Below the pieces are notes generated by a model that did not search any database, was not told where the DNA came from, and saw nothing but the letters and a program-made list of their open reading frames with translations. A stretch of 64,000 nucleotides of DNA from an uncultured Mucilaginibacter sp. (GTDB lineage Bacteria > Bacteroidota > Bacteroidia > Sphingobacteriales > Sphingobacteriaceae): assembly GCA_903927645.1 (NCBI GenBank), contig CAIYNX010000135.1, positions 1,153 through 65,152 of the forward strand, in the 5' to 3' direction. Positions 17,710 through 27,316 of the stretch are shown piece by piece. The stretch's first letter is position 1. Each line of letters starts with the position of its first letter. The position numbers and the translations under genes are program-made.

Positions 17710-18897
17710 CTAAAATTTATGGGGATTGAATATTTTGAAGGTGTTATTTATAGTGCTATTTATGATTAATTTTTTGGAGCTGGCAAGCATTTTGCCGTTA
17801 TGAGCACCTTGATGACCATTGCCAGCAACGGTAGACACCGTTCCATCGGGTGTGATTTTACGGATAAGATTATTGTTTGTATCGGCAACGTATACATTAC
17901 CAAGAGGATCAACAACCAAGCCTGATGGTCCATTGAAAGCTGCCGCCGTACCTTTCCCATTTATAAAATCTGCGGCACCACTGCCAGCTAAGGTGCTAAC
18001 CATACCATCAGGCGTAATTTCGCGAATCAAATTATTAACGCCATCCGCTACATAAATAATATTTCGTTTTTTATCAATAGCTATACTATTAGGATAATAA
18101 AAACTTGCGGCTGTAAGTAATCCATTTGTGTTTCCAATAATTCCACTTCCGGCATATATATTCAAATTACCCGATCCATCTGCTATTAAAATATTTTTAT
18201 TTAAATAATTAGCTATATAAACATTTCCAATATTATCAACATCCACACCTGTAGGGTTATTAATTAAATTACCTGATAATGCAGCATTTGAGGCAAAAGT
18301 TGTAACTATGCTATCAGGTGTAATTTTTCTTATTAAATTATTTCCGGCATCTGCAACAAATAAATTTCCTTTTCCATCAATGGTAATACCAATGGGTGAT
18401 GAAAAGGAAGAATGACGTCCAACTCCATTTTCGGCAATAATGGTATCACCACCAGCAAAATTTATTACATTACCTGCATTTGTTATCTGGCGTATTACAT
18501 CGTTACCAGAATCGGCAATGTAAAAATTTCCCAACCCATCAATACTGATACCAGTTGGAGCGTTAAATGAAGCTAACAAATTTGAGCCATTTGTATTTCC
18601 CTTATTACCATTGCCGGCAAAAGTACTTACAATCCCGGTTGGTGTTATTTTACGTATTAAGCTGTTGCCATAATCAGCAACAAAAATATTTCCTGAGCCA
18701 TCAATTGCCAAGCCTACAGGGCTGTTAAAAGAAGGAAGAGAATCAACTCTCCTTAAACTATCTATCAACGCAGTGTCAACAGGAACAACTGTGATTTTAC
18801 TTGGTTTTGGTAAAATTTCCTTGCATGAATTGAGAAATCCTGCAATAATTATAAAGCAGAAAAAAAAGTATAAATTTCTTTTAATGGTATTGAACAT
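17710..18897 (-). CDS. NHL-repeat beta-propeller lipoprotein
   Basis: Lipobox LNSC-KE; six repeats of F-N-x-P-x-G-x-x-x-D-G-x-G-N-x-x-V-A-D-x-x-N-x-x-I-R-K-I-T-P-x-G. Confidence 0.88.
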   Translation of the reverse strand: MFNTIKRNLYFFFCFIIIAGFLNSCKEILPKPSKITVVPVDTALIDSLRRVDSLPSFNSPVGLAIDGSGNIFVADYGNSLIRKITPTGIVSTFAGNGNKGNTNGSNLLASFNAPTGISIDGLGNFYIADSGNDVIRQITNAGNVINFAGGDTIIAENGVGRHSSFSSPIGITIDGKGNLFVADAGNNLIRKITPDSIVTTFASNAALSGNLINNPTGVDVDNIGNVYIANYLNKNILIADGSGNLNIYAGSGIIGNTNGLLTAASFYYPNSIAIDKKRNIIYVADGVNNLIREITPDGMVSTLAGSGAADFINGKGTAAAFNGPSGLVVDPLGNVYVADTNNNLIRKITPDGTVSTVAGNGHQGAHNGKMLASSKKLIINSTINNTFKIFNPHKF

Positions 18898-19009
18898 TAA
18901 CTGTTTATTAGCATTGTTTATTCAGGCGAACTGAAGGCTATAACGACATAAATTAAATTTATTATAAAAGTAGTTGATAAAATTTATTTTCTAATTAAAA
19001 TCAAATTTT

Positions 19010-20230
19010 TTATTTAAACCTTATTGCCTTAACGGGAGTTATTTTTGTTACCAGCATTGATGGGCCTAGCATTACCAAAATACAAATAAAAGCAGTACCG
19101 GCATTTAAAAATATCCAATCACCAATATCAAATTGAATTGGTACAAAGCTCATATAATAAGTAGCTTCTTTTAGTTTAAAAAAATGAGTTTGTTGTTGTA
19201 GTAAACCAAAACCAAAGCCCCAAATATTGCCTATGAGCATGCCAATTGCAATTAAATAAATTGCATTGTACAAAAATATTTTTTGTATTACCCAGTTGCG
19301 TGCACCCATAGCTTTGATAATTCCAATAAAATTAGTACGTTCAAGTATCATAATGAGTAGTGCCGAAATCATATTTATTACCGCAACAATTATCATCAAA
19401 CCCAATACTACATTGGTATTACCATCAAGCAGATCGAGCCAGGAAAAAATTGCCGGATAGGTATCAGTTACCGTATACGATTTTAGTTTGGTAGGTAATA
19501 ACCCATTTACAATTTCCTCAGTTTCACGTAACTTATTAAAATTATTAATTTTTATTTCATAGCCACCAACTTCATCCGGGTTCCAATTATTTAATCGTGT
19601 TATCAGCGATATATCACCAATTACATATGATTTATCGACATCTTCAATTCCGAAATCAAATATGCCTTTAATAACAAATTGTCTTCTACGAATAGGTTCC
19701 TGTACAAAGTACATGATTATTTTATCGCCCACTTTTAATTTTAAACTATTGGCAATTGTTTGTGAAATCAACAATTGCTTTTTTACCTCAGTTGAATCAC
19801 CAAAATTGAGCACCGTACCTGATCGCAAACTTTTTTTGAAAAATGTCCAATCGTAAGTATTGTCAACACCTTTTAACAATACCCCTTCAATTTCACCATT
19901 AGCTTTTATAATACCAGGCTTTGTAGCAAAAGGCATTACTTTATTAATGTAAGGATTTGATTTTGCTTTTATTAAAAAAGTAGTATCATTTTTAAATGGT
20001 GAATTTTCATATGAATTATTTAGGTCATATTTTAATACCATCATATCGCCCGAGAAGCCTCTTATTTTTTCTCGAATTTCTTGTTTAAATCCCTTTAAAA
20101 TGGCCAAGGTTAAAATCATAATGCCCAAACCGAGCGCTATCCCAACAATAGCAATGCGTACTATTAACTTTGAGAAAGTACGTTTGGATTTAAATGATAT
20201 CCTTCGGGCTAAAAAGTATGATAAATTCAA
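19010..20230 (-). CDS. LolC/LolE-like ABC transporter permease (MacB_PCD + FtsX)
   Basis: Probable TTG start (MNLSYFLARRI); TM helix, periplasmic domain, MILERTNFIGIIKAMGA, C-terminal ITPVKAIRFK. Confidence 0.85.
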   Translation of the reverse strand: MNLSYFLARRISFKSKRTFSKLIVRIAIVGIALGLGIMILTLAILKGFKQEIREKIRGFSGDMMVLKYDLNNSYENSPFKNDTTFLIKAKSNPYINKVMPFATKPGIIKANGEIEGVLLKGVDNTYDWTFFKKSLRSGTVLNFGDSTEVKKQLLISQTIANSLKLKVGDKIIMYFVQEPIRRRQFVIKGIFDFGIEDVDKSYVIGDISLITRLNNWNPDEVGGYEIKINNFNKLRETEEIVNGLLPTKLKSYTVTDTYPAIFSWLDLLDGNTNVVLGLMIIVAVINMISALLIMILERTNFIGIIKAMGARNWVIQKIFLYNAIYLIAIGMLIGNIWGFGFGLLQQQTHFFKLKEATYYMSFVPIQFDIGDWIFLNAGTAFICILVMLGPSMLVTKITPVKAIRFK

Positions 20231-20313
20231 AGCTATGTGTTTTTTGTACCTTCGCAAATATGCATGTTTTGCAGTTAAAACTTGTACTTTTATCAATAAG
20301 CTAATTCAATTTT

Positions 20314-21537
20314 ATGCTGAAAAGTTTTGTCATGTTTTTATTAATACTAGGCAATTGTTTTTTTTATCATCAAACAATGGCTCAGAAGCGAAATCACATC
20401 GGATATGATTATATTTCTAAACAATACAATCAGGAAATTATAACCGGTGCCGACCAAATTAATTTATATCTCCCTTATTTACGCGGTAAAAATATAGGTA
20501 TGGTAATAAATCAAACTTCTGTTATAGGGAAAAACAAAACTTTAAGCCTTGATACTTTGTTGAGTCTGGGTATTCGGGTAAAAAAAATATTTGGTCCGGA
20601 GCATGGTTTTAGAGGCAATGCAAGCGATGGAGCTGAAATTAAGAATGACATTGATGCTAAAAGTGGATTGCCCGTAATTTCCCTATATGGAAGCAAGCAT
20701 AACAAACCAACCACTATAGATTTAGAAGGCTTAAACCTCCTAATTTTTGATATACAAGATGTTGGCGTTCGTTTTTATACATATTTATCAACTTTGCAAT
20801 ACGTAATGGAAGCATGCGCCGAAAATAATATTGAGCTAATGATATTTGACAGGCCAAACCCAAATGGCTTTTATGTAGATGGGCCAGTTTTAGATACAGC
20901 GTATAGGTCATTTATTGGCCTTAACCCCATTCCAATTGTATATGGTTTAACCATTGCCGAGTATGCGAGTTTGTTAAATGGTGAAGGCTGGCTCAAAAAT
21001 CATGTACAATGTAAATTAAGGATAATAAAACTTGCAAATTATACACACAGTAAGCACTACAAACTACCTGTAAATCCTTCACCAAATTTAAACACCGAAA
21101 AATCTATTTTACTTTATCCTTCGGTTTGTTTATTTGAGGGAACCGTACTTAGTTTGGGCAGAGGTACACTTTACCCATTTTTGCAAATTGGACACCCAGC
21201 ACTTGGAGGAAAATACAATTTTTCATTTTCGCCTATAGCAATTCCGGGTATGAGCGACGAACCTCCACAAAAAAATAAAATATGTTTTGGTATTGATCTA
21301 AAGGAATATAAGCTGCCCCTTCAAGGAGGTATTAATTTAAATTGGCTAATTGAATTGTATCAGGCTTTTCCTGATAAGGCACATTATTTTAACAGCTACT
21401 TTACTAAATTAGTAGGCAATAAGCAATTGCAACAACAAATTGAAGAAGGTAAATCTGAAAAAGAAATAAAGGCCAGCTGGGCCCAGGCACTCGATGGTTT
21501 TAAGGCGATTCGAAATAAATATTTATTGTATCCTTAG
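20314..21537 (+). CDS. NamZ-family exo-beta-N-acetylmuramidase (DUF1343)
   Basis: FGPEHGFRG, FDIQDVGVRFYTY, DRPNP, PSPNL, LFEGT, SLGRGT, RNKYLLY. Confidence 0.9.
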   Translation: MLKSFVMFLLILGNCFFYHQTMAQKRNHIGYDYISKQYNQEIITGADQINLYLPYLRGKNIGMVINQTSVIGKNKTLSLDTLLSLGIRVKKIFGPEHGFRGNASDGAEIKNDIDAKSGLPVISLYGSKHNKPTTIDLEGLNLLIFDIQDVGVRFYTYLSTLQYVMEACAENNIELMIFDRPNPNGFYVDGPVLDTAYRSFIGLNPIPIVYGLTIAEYASLLNGEGWLKNHVQCKLRIIKLANYTHSKHYKLPVNPSPNLNTEKSILLYPSVCLFEGTVLSLGRGTLYPFLQIGHPALGGKYNFSFSPIAIPGMSDEPPQKNKICFGIDLKEYKLPLQGGINLNWLIELYQAFPDKAHYFNSYFTKLVGNKQLQQQIEEGKSEKEIKASWAQALDGFKAIRNKYLLYP

Positions 21538-21641
21538 ACAAGGATTTTTACCCTAAAAACTATTAAAATAGATTGTATATTTAAATTTTGATTATAATAT
21601 TGTTAATTTGATATGAATTTGTTAAAAAAGGTAGCAAAAAT

Positions 21642-22559
21642 ATGAAAATAATATTTATGGGTACTCCTCAGTTTGCTGTCGCCTCATTGGATGCCTTGTT
21701 AACTGCGGGTTGCGAAATAGTAGCAGTGATTACTGCTCCTGATAAACCTGCTGGCAGAGGCCAAAAAATTGGTGAATCGGCAGTAAAACAATATGCGCTT
21801 GAAAAAGGTTTAAAAGTGCTTCAGCCCGAGAAATTAAAAAGTCCGGAGTTTTTGGCTGAATTAAAAGCATTTAATGCCGAATTACAGGTAGTTGTTGCAT
21901 TCAGGATGTTGCCCGAAGTGGTTTGGGCAATGCCATCAAAAGGTACACTAAACTTGCATGCCTCCTTGTTACCACAATACCGAGGAGCAGCACCTATCAA
22001 CTGGGTTTTAATAAATGGTGAAAAAGAGACTGGGGTTACTACTTTCTTTTTAAAACACGAGATTGATACTGGAGATATTTTATTTACAGAAAAAATTACC
22101 CTTACAGGTAGTGAAACCGCCGGCGAATTACATGACCGTTTGATGGAGAAGGGTGCCGGATTACTGGTTAAAACAGTAAAGGGTATTGAAAGTGGGAGAT
22201 ATAATGAACATCCGCAGTCGCAATTGCTAAACGGAGAAGAATTAAAGCATGCGCCTAAATTATTTAAGGAGGATTGTTTGATTGATTGGAATAAACCTGT
22301 AGAGGAAATTTATAATAAAATTAGAGGGCTTAGTCCAATTCCTACCGCATATACTCATTTAAACGGTAAGGTGTTGAAAATTTTTAAAGCCGGGTACGAG
22401 GTGCTAAAAACCAACTTGAATGCTGGCGAATATTTTACCGATCATAAAACATACTTAAAGTTTGCCGCAAGCAATGGATATATATCCTTAGATCAAATTC
22501 AGATGGAGGGTAAAAGGGCTATGGGAATAGAAGAATTTTTAAGAGGAATTAAATTGTAA
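21642..22559 (+). CDS. fmt: Methionyl-tRNA formyltransferase
   Basis: IFMGTPQFA, NLHASLLPQYRGAAPINW, IDTGD. Confidence 0.96.
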   Translation: MKIIFMGTPQFAVASLDALLTAGCEIVAVITAPDKPAGRGQKIGESAVKQYALEKGLKVLQPEKLKSPEFLAELKAFNAELQVVVAFRMLPEVVWAMPSKGTLNLHASLLPQYRGAAPINWVLINGEKETGVTTFFLKHEIDTGDILFTEKITLTGSETAGELHDRLMEKGAGLLVKTVKGIESGRYNEHPQSQLLNGEELKHAPKLFKEDCLIDWNKPVEEIYNKIRGLSPIPTAYTHLNGKVLKIFKAGYEVLKTNLNAGEYFTDHKTYLKFAASNGYISLDQIQMEGKRAMGIEEFLRGIKL

Positions 22560-22588
22560 GCTAATTTAATTATTTCATAAAAATAGGT

Positions 22589-23281
22589 ATGCATAATATA
22601 TTACTGGTTGAAGATGAGCAAAAAGTTGCCGCTTTTATTTGTAAGGGGCTTAAGGAGCAAGGATATAGAGTTAATGTTGCCAATGATGGAGCAGCAGCCT
22701 TAAGAGTTTTTCATACAGCTACCTTTGATTTATTGGTACTGGATGTTATGCTACCTGATATGAACGGGATTGATTTATGCCAAAAAATAAGGTCTAAAAA
22801 CTCCGCAGTACCTATTTTAATGCTTACTGCATTAGATGAGGTACAAAATAAAGTTGCCGGTTTAAAAGCCGGTGCCGATGATTATTTAGTAAAGCCATTT
22901 CATTTTACCGAATTACTTGCACGGTTAGAGGCATTATTACGCAGACAAGCGGTTGTACAATTAAACGAAAATAATACTTTAACATTTGAAGACTTAAAAC
23001 TTGATTTATGGACAAGTATAGTTGAAAGAGCTGGGAAAGAAATTAATTTAACAGCCAAAGAGTTTACATTGCTTGAGTTGTTTATGAGGCACCCAAATAA
23101 GGTATTATCAAGAGAGTTTATTGCAGAACGTGTATGGAATATTGATTTTGATACCGGAACTAATTTTATTGACGTGTATGTAAATTACCTACGAAATAAG
23201 ATTGAAAAAGGATTTAAGAGTAAATTGATCCATACGGTTATAGGCATGGGATATGTTTTAAAATCAGGATCTGGTAAATGA
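22589..23281 (+). CDS. OmpR/PhoB-family response regulator (CusR/CzcR-like)
   Basis: LLVEDE, LDVMLP, GADDYLVKPF, winged helix TNFIDVYVNYLRNKI, IHTVIGMGY. Confidence 0.92.
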   Translation: MHNILLVEDEQKVAAFICKGLKEQGYRVNVANDGAAALRVFHTATFDLLVLDVMLPDMNGIDLCQKIRSKNSAVPILMLTALDEVQNKVAGLKAGADDYLVKPFHFTELLARLEALLRRQAVVQLNENNTLTFEDLKLDLWTSIVERAGKEINLTAKEFTLLELFMRHPNKVLSREFIAERVWNIDFDTGTNFIDVYVNYLRNKIEKGFKSKLIHTVIGMGYVLKSGSGK

Positions 23282-24636
23282 AAATTAAAAACAGATTATC
23301 ACTTTATTTTACCTCAGTTAGTGCTTTGGTATTGTTGATAGTTGAAGTAGTAATTTGTATAACCTTTAGCTCATTTGTTAAATCTGATTTTTACGGTCGT
23401 TTAATGGATAGGGCTAATGTTGCAGCACAGCTATATCTTGAAGCAGATGAAATAACCCCCGATTCGCTGAGCCATGTTCGTGATCGTTATTTGCAAAAAT
23501 TGCCTGCCGAAGTAATAAGATTTTATAACGACAAAAATTCGGCCTCCTTTATTAAAGATCAAAATCAATTTTGGACAGGTGATATCATTAACGCAGTTAG
23601 GAAAGGGAAACTTGCCGAATTTAGAGAAGGTTTAAGGCAGTCTGTTGGCTTATTTTATAAAGATAACCAGGGCGACTTTGTAATTTTAGTATCAGCTATA
23701 GATTTTCAGGGAAATAAAAGGGTAAAAGACCTAATTGAAAGCATGGCCTTTTTATTATTATTTGTAACCGCTGGATTGTTTATAATAAGCCGCTGGTTTG
23801 CGCAAAAAGCCTTACAACCTATTGACAGGGTAATAAATCAAATGCAACAAGTTAGAGCCGGTAACCTTAGCTTGAGGGTTGATGAAGGAAATGGGAAGGA
23901 CGAAATAAGCGCGTTGGCTCAGAATTTTAATAAGTTGTTAGAACATCTTGAAAATGCGTTTGAGCTGCAACAAACTTTTATTATAAACGCATCGCACGAA
24001 TTAAGAACACCAATTACCACTATTATTGGCGAAATTGAAATAGCAAGAAATAAGGTAAGGACTAGTGCCGAGTATGATGAGCTATTATCATCGGTATTAA
24101 ATGATGCTACTAAATTAAAAGAAACCATTACAAGTTTGCTTGAACTGGCTAATGTAGATATGAACTATACCCAACCAGCCTATTTACCTGTTGATATTAA
24201 TGACCTGGTTTGGGAACTTAGTGATTATTGGAACAATTTAAAAGGAAAAGGAATGTTTAATTTAAAAATTTTACATCTGCCGGCACAACAAGAAAATTTA
24301 CAGGTTTTAGCAAATAAATCACTCCTAATAATAGCCTTCAACAATATTATTAATAATGCCTTCAAGTTTTCGGGTAATAAACCTGTGCAATGCGATTTTT
24401 ATGCAGGTAATGATTTTATAAAGATTGAAATTACTGATATTGGAATAGGCATTCCTGATTATGAAATAGAAAAGATTTTTGAATCTTTTTTCCGTGCCGA
24501 AAATGTAAGAAATTATAATGGAAATGGAATCGGGCTTTATGTAACCAATAAAATTATTAAGCTATTTAACGGTACCATTAACGTTCAATCAATAAAAAAC
24601 AATTACACTACATTTACTGTTGAATTTAGAAGGTAA
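23278..24636 (+). CDS. Membrane sensor histidine kinase (HAMP-HisKA-HATPase)
   Basis: Two TM helices, HAMP, ASHELRTP, NIINNAFKF, DIGIGI, GNGIGL; ATGA overlap with the regulator. Confidence 0.92.
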   Translation: MKIKNRLSLYFTSVSALVLLIVEVVICITFSSFVKSDFYGRLMDRANVAAQLYLEADEITPDSLSHVRDRYLQKLPAEVIRFYNDKNSASFIKDQNQFWTGDIINAVRKGKLAEFREGLRQSVGLFYKDNQGDFVILVSAIDFQGNKRVKDLIESMAFLLLFVTAGLFIISRWFAQKALQPIDRVINQMQQVRAGNLSLRVDEGNGKDEISALAQNFNKLLEHLENAFELQQTFIINASHELRTPITTIIGEIEIARNKVRTSAEYDELLSSVLNDATKLKETITSLLELANVDMNYTQPAYLPVDINDLVWELSDYWNNLKGKGMFNLKILHLPAQQENLQVLANKSLLIIAFNNIINNAFKFSGNKPVQCDFYAGNDFIKIEITDIGIGIPDYEIEKIFESFFRAENVRNYNGNGIGLYVTNKIIKLFNGTINVQSIKNNYTTFTVEFRR

Positions 24637-24640
24637 CAAA

Positions 24641-24684
24641 TCTAATCTAATTCTAATCTCTTTTTAATACTCCTTTAATTTGGT
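24641..24684 (+). promoter_or_regulatory. Four 11-bp-periodic direct repeats, putative response-regulator operator
   Basis: tctaatctaat / tctaatctctt / tttaatactcc / tttaatttggt, directly upstream of a -7 box and tolC. Confidence 0.65.
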
Positions 24685-24689
24685 AAGTA

Positions 24690-24697
24690 TAATTTTG
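24690..24697 (+). promoter_or_regulatory. -7 promoter box of the efflux operon
   Basis: TAATTTTG (TAnnTTTG) 17 nt before the ATG at 24715. Confidence 0.6.
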
Positions 24698-24714
24698 TAC
24701 CATCAAAGATACAT

Positions 24715-25992
24715 ATGTTCTATAAATTTATTTGTTTAACGCTTCCGCTTCAATTTTTAATTTTATTTCATTCGGAAGTAACTCTGGCCCAAAGCAATAC
24801 CCCTGATACACTTAAAATAACGCTTAAACAGGCCGAAGGCCTGTTTATTAAAAAGAATTTACGTTTAATAATACAGCAGTATAATATTGAGAATGCCAAT
24901 GCGCAGATAATTACTGCACGCTTATTTAACAACCCTGATTTTAGTTTTTCGAACGGTATTTATACAAGCGGACAATCAGGTGGTTACAAGGAGCAAGCCT
25001 TCAGCATCTCTCAGCTATTTTCTACTGCTGGCAAACGAAATAAAAACATTCAATTAGCCAAAATTGGGGTGGAGCAAGCTCAATACCAGTTTTTTGATTT
25101 ATTGCGAACTCTTAAATTTACCCTAAGGAATGATTTTTACAGTATTTACTTTCAGCAACAATCAGCTAAAGTATATAACGAAGAAATCAACTCCCTTACA
25201 AAAACATTGTCGGTATTTAAACAACAGTATCAAAAAGGAAACATTTCGCAAAAGGAGGTTTTGCGTATACAATCGCAATTATATTCCTTGCAAGCTGAGT
25301 ATAACAATTTGCAGGTTGGCATTGATACTATTCAAAGCGAATTTAAATTGTTAATAAAAGAAGGACCGGCAACAACCATTGAACCACAGTTTAATTATGA
25401 TTTAGATGGCAAGGAGGTGGTATCAAAAATACCCTATCAGCAATTGCTTGATTCTGCCTATACAAATAGATATGACCTAAGGCTTTCTAAATCAAGTATT
25501 CAATACAATACCTTGAACCTTAAACTACAAAAATCAACCGCCATTCCTGATTTTTCTTTATCATTAAACTATGATAAGTTAGGGGGTTATGGCACCAATT
25601 ATTTAGGTGCCGGTATTGAGTTTAATCTGCCCTTTTTTAACAGGAACCAAGGTAATATCAAACAAGCAAAAATTGCTATCGACCAAAGTAAAATCCAGTT
25701 GCAAAGTGTACAAGAGCAGATAGAAAGAGACGTTGCCAGCAATTATAAGGGCGCCTTACGGTTAGAAAAACTTTATAATAGCTTCGATCCTCAATTTAAG
25801 TCAGACTTTAACCATTTGATACAAGAAGTATCTATAAATTACGAAAAGCGTAATTTAAGTTTATTAGAGTTTTTAGATTTTTACGACGCCTATAAATTAA
25901 ATACACTACAATTAAACGCATTACAATTAAGTAGGATCACCTCATTAGAACAACTTAATTTTGTAACAGGTACACTATTTTTTAATAAATAA
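24715..25992 (+). CDS. TolC/CzcC-family outer-membrane efflux channel
   Basis: Signal peptide, two OEP-like halves, FNLPFFNRNQGNI; first gene of an RND trio. Confidence 0.9.
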   Translation: MFYKFICLTLPLQFLILFHSEVTLAQSNTPDTLKITLKQAEGLFIKKNLRLIIQQYNIENANAQIITARLFNNPDFSFSNGIYTSGQSGGYKEQAFSISQLFSTAGKRNKNIQLAKIGVEQAQYQFFDLLRTLKFTLRNDFYSIYFQQQSAKVYNEEINSLTKTLSVFKQQYQKGNISQKEVLRIQSQLYSLQAEYNNLQVGIDTIQSEFKLLIKEGPATTIEPQFNYDLDGKEVVSKIPYQQLLDSAYTNRYDLRLSKSSIQYNTLNLKLQKSTAIPDFSLSLNYDKLGGYGTNYLGAGIEFNLPFFNRNQGNIKQAKIAIDQSKIQLQSVQEQIERDVASNYKGALRLEKLYNSFDPQFKSDFNHLIQEVSINYEKRNLSLLEFLDFYDAYKLNTLQLNALQLSRITSLEQLNFVTGTLFFNK

Positions 25993-26006
25993 AATTCAGC
26001 ATCAAC

Positions 26007-27101
26007 ATGCCTAAAAAATTTAACATATTATTTTTAGCCCTAATAATTACCGGATTTAGCTTGGAAAGTTGTCATCATGTTGAAGAAAATCAACAAAAGG
26101 ACGAAAAGTTTCAGGTTACAGACGAATTGTTAAAAACGCTACTAAAAGATACTGTAAAATCAGCAAGTGCTGCATCGCAATTTACCCTTACAGGAAGTAT
26201 AGCTCCTGATGAAAACAAGATGGTTAAAATTTACCCGATGGTAAGCGGGGTTGCTCAAAATGTAACTGTGCAATTAGGGGATGTAGTTAAAAGCGGACAA
26301 ACTTTGGCCATTTTAAAAAGTGCCGAGATGGCTGCCTATACCAAAGATTTTGTAGCCTCCGAAGCGGATATTAGAAACACTAAAAGGATTTTTGAAGCTA
26401 CTCAGGATTTGTATAAAGGTGGTCTGGCTTCTCAAAAAGATTTAGAACAGGCAGAATCAGACTATCAAAAGGCACAAGCTGAAGGTAAACGTGCAAGCGC
26501 AGTTGTTGATATTAACAAAAGCAACGGAAAAGGATATGAAGTAAAATCGCCTTTGAATGGTTTTGTGGTTGAAAGAAATTTAAGCAATAATACTCAGGTT
26601 AGGGCTGATAACGGACAAAATCTTTTTACAATAGCAAACCTATCAACTGTTTATGTATTGGTGAATGTTTACGAATCAGACATTTCGAGGATACAAGTTG
26701 GAGATAAAGTTAAAATTACAACGCTATCATATCCTGATAAGGAATTTGACGGTAAAATAGATAAGATTGATAATATGCTTGATCCGGATAATAAGGTTAT
26801 GCATGCCAGAATTAAGGTTAACAATCCGGGAAACCTATTAAAACCCCAAATGTTTGCCAACATTAACATTAGTGCTAAATCGGGCGATAGCCTTCCTTTT
26901 ATCTATACCAAATCGTTGGTGTTTGACAATGATAAAAACTATGTAATTGTAGTTGATAACAGCAAGGCAAAAGTAAGGATACAGCCAGTTCAGATTGTTA
27001 AAACTGTAGAAAACAGAGCATACATAAGCAGTGGTTTAAAGCCCGGAGACGTTGTGATCAGCTCGAGGCAAGTTTATTTATACGAATCATTAAAAGATTA
27101 A
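26007..27101 (+). CDS. RND periplasmic adaptor (CzcB-like) lipoprotein
   Basis: Lipobox LESC, VQLGDVVKSGQ, VKSPLNGFVV, LKPQMFA. Confidence 0.9.
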   Translation: MPKKFNILFLALIITGFSLESCHHVEENQQKDEKFQVTDELLKTLLKDTVKSASAASQFTLTGSIAPDENKMVKIYPMVSGVAQNVTVQLGDVVKSGQTLAILKSAEMAAYTKDFVASEADIRNTKRIFEATQDLYKGGLASQKDLEQAESDYQKAQAEGKRASAVVDINKSNGKGYEVKSPLNGFVVERNLSNNTQVRADNGQNLFTIANLSTVYVLVNVYESDISRIQVGDKVKITTLSYPDKEFDGKIDKIDNMLDPDNKVMHARIKVNNPGNLLKPQMFANINISAKSGDSLPFIYTKSLVFDNDKNYVIVVDNSKAKVRIQPVQIVKTVENRAYISSGLKPGDVVISSRQVYLYESLKD

Positions 27102-27283
27102 TTTTAAAATTCCATACTAAAAATAAATTGTCTAAATCAGAATTTGCAGGATTTTAGGATTAACAGAATTATAAGCCTCATAAAACTGTTTAATAAAAGT
27201 CTTGATACACCATACTAAAACTTGATACTTTAAACGAATCCGAGCCAATTTGCTAACCTGCCAATATCCGATATGAAAACAAA

Positions 27284-27311
27284 TTCGAAATCGAACATCC
27301 GAAATCCGAAA
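27284..27311 (+). repeat. Four degenerate heptamer repeats
   Basis: ttcgaaa tcgaaca tccgaaa tccgaaa just before the RND start codon. Confidence 0.8.
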
Positions 27312-27316
27312 TTAAA

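Noticed and set aside
17710-18897. Repeated DNA motifs as a possible array
   Set aside because: Explained by NHL protein repeats.
20231-20296. N-terminal extensions in the ORF track (LolC/E-like, valS, M13, RemB-like, YceI and others)
   Set aside because: Downstream starts fit signal peptides, family N-termini, -7 boxes or gene coupling better.
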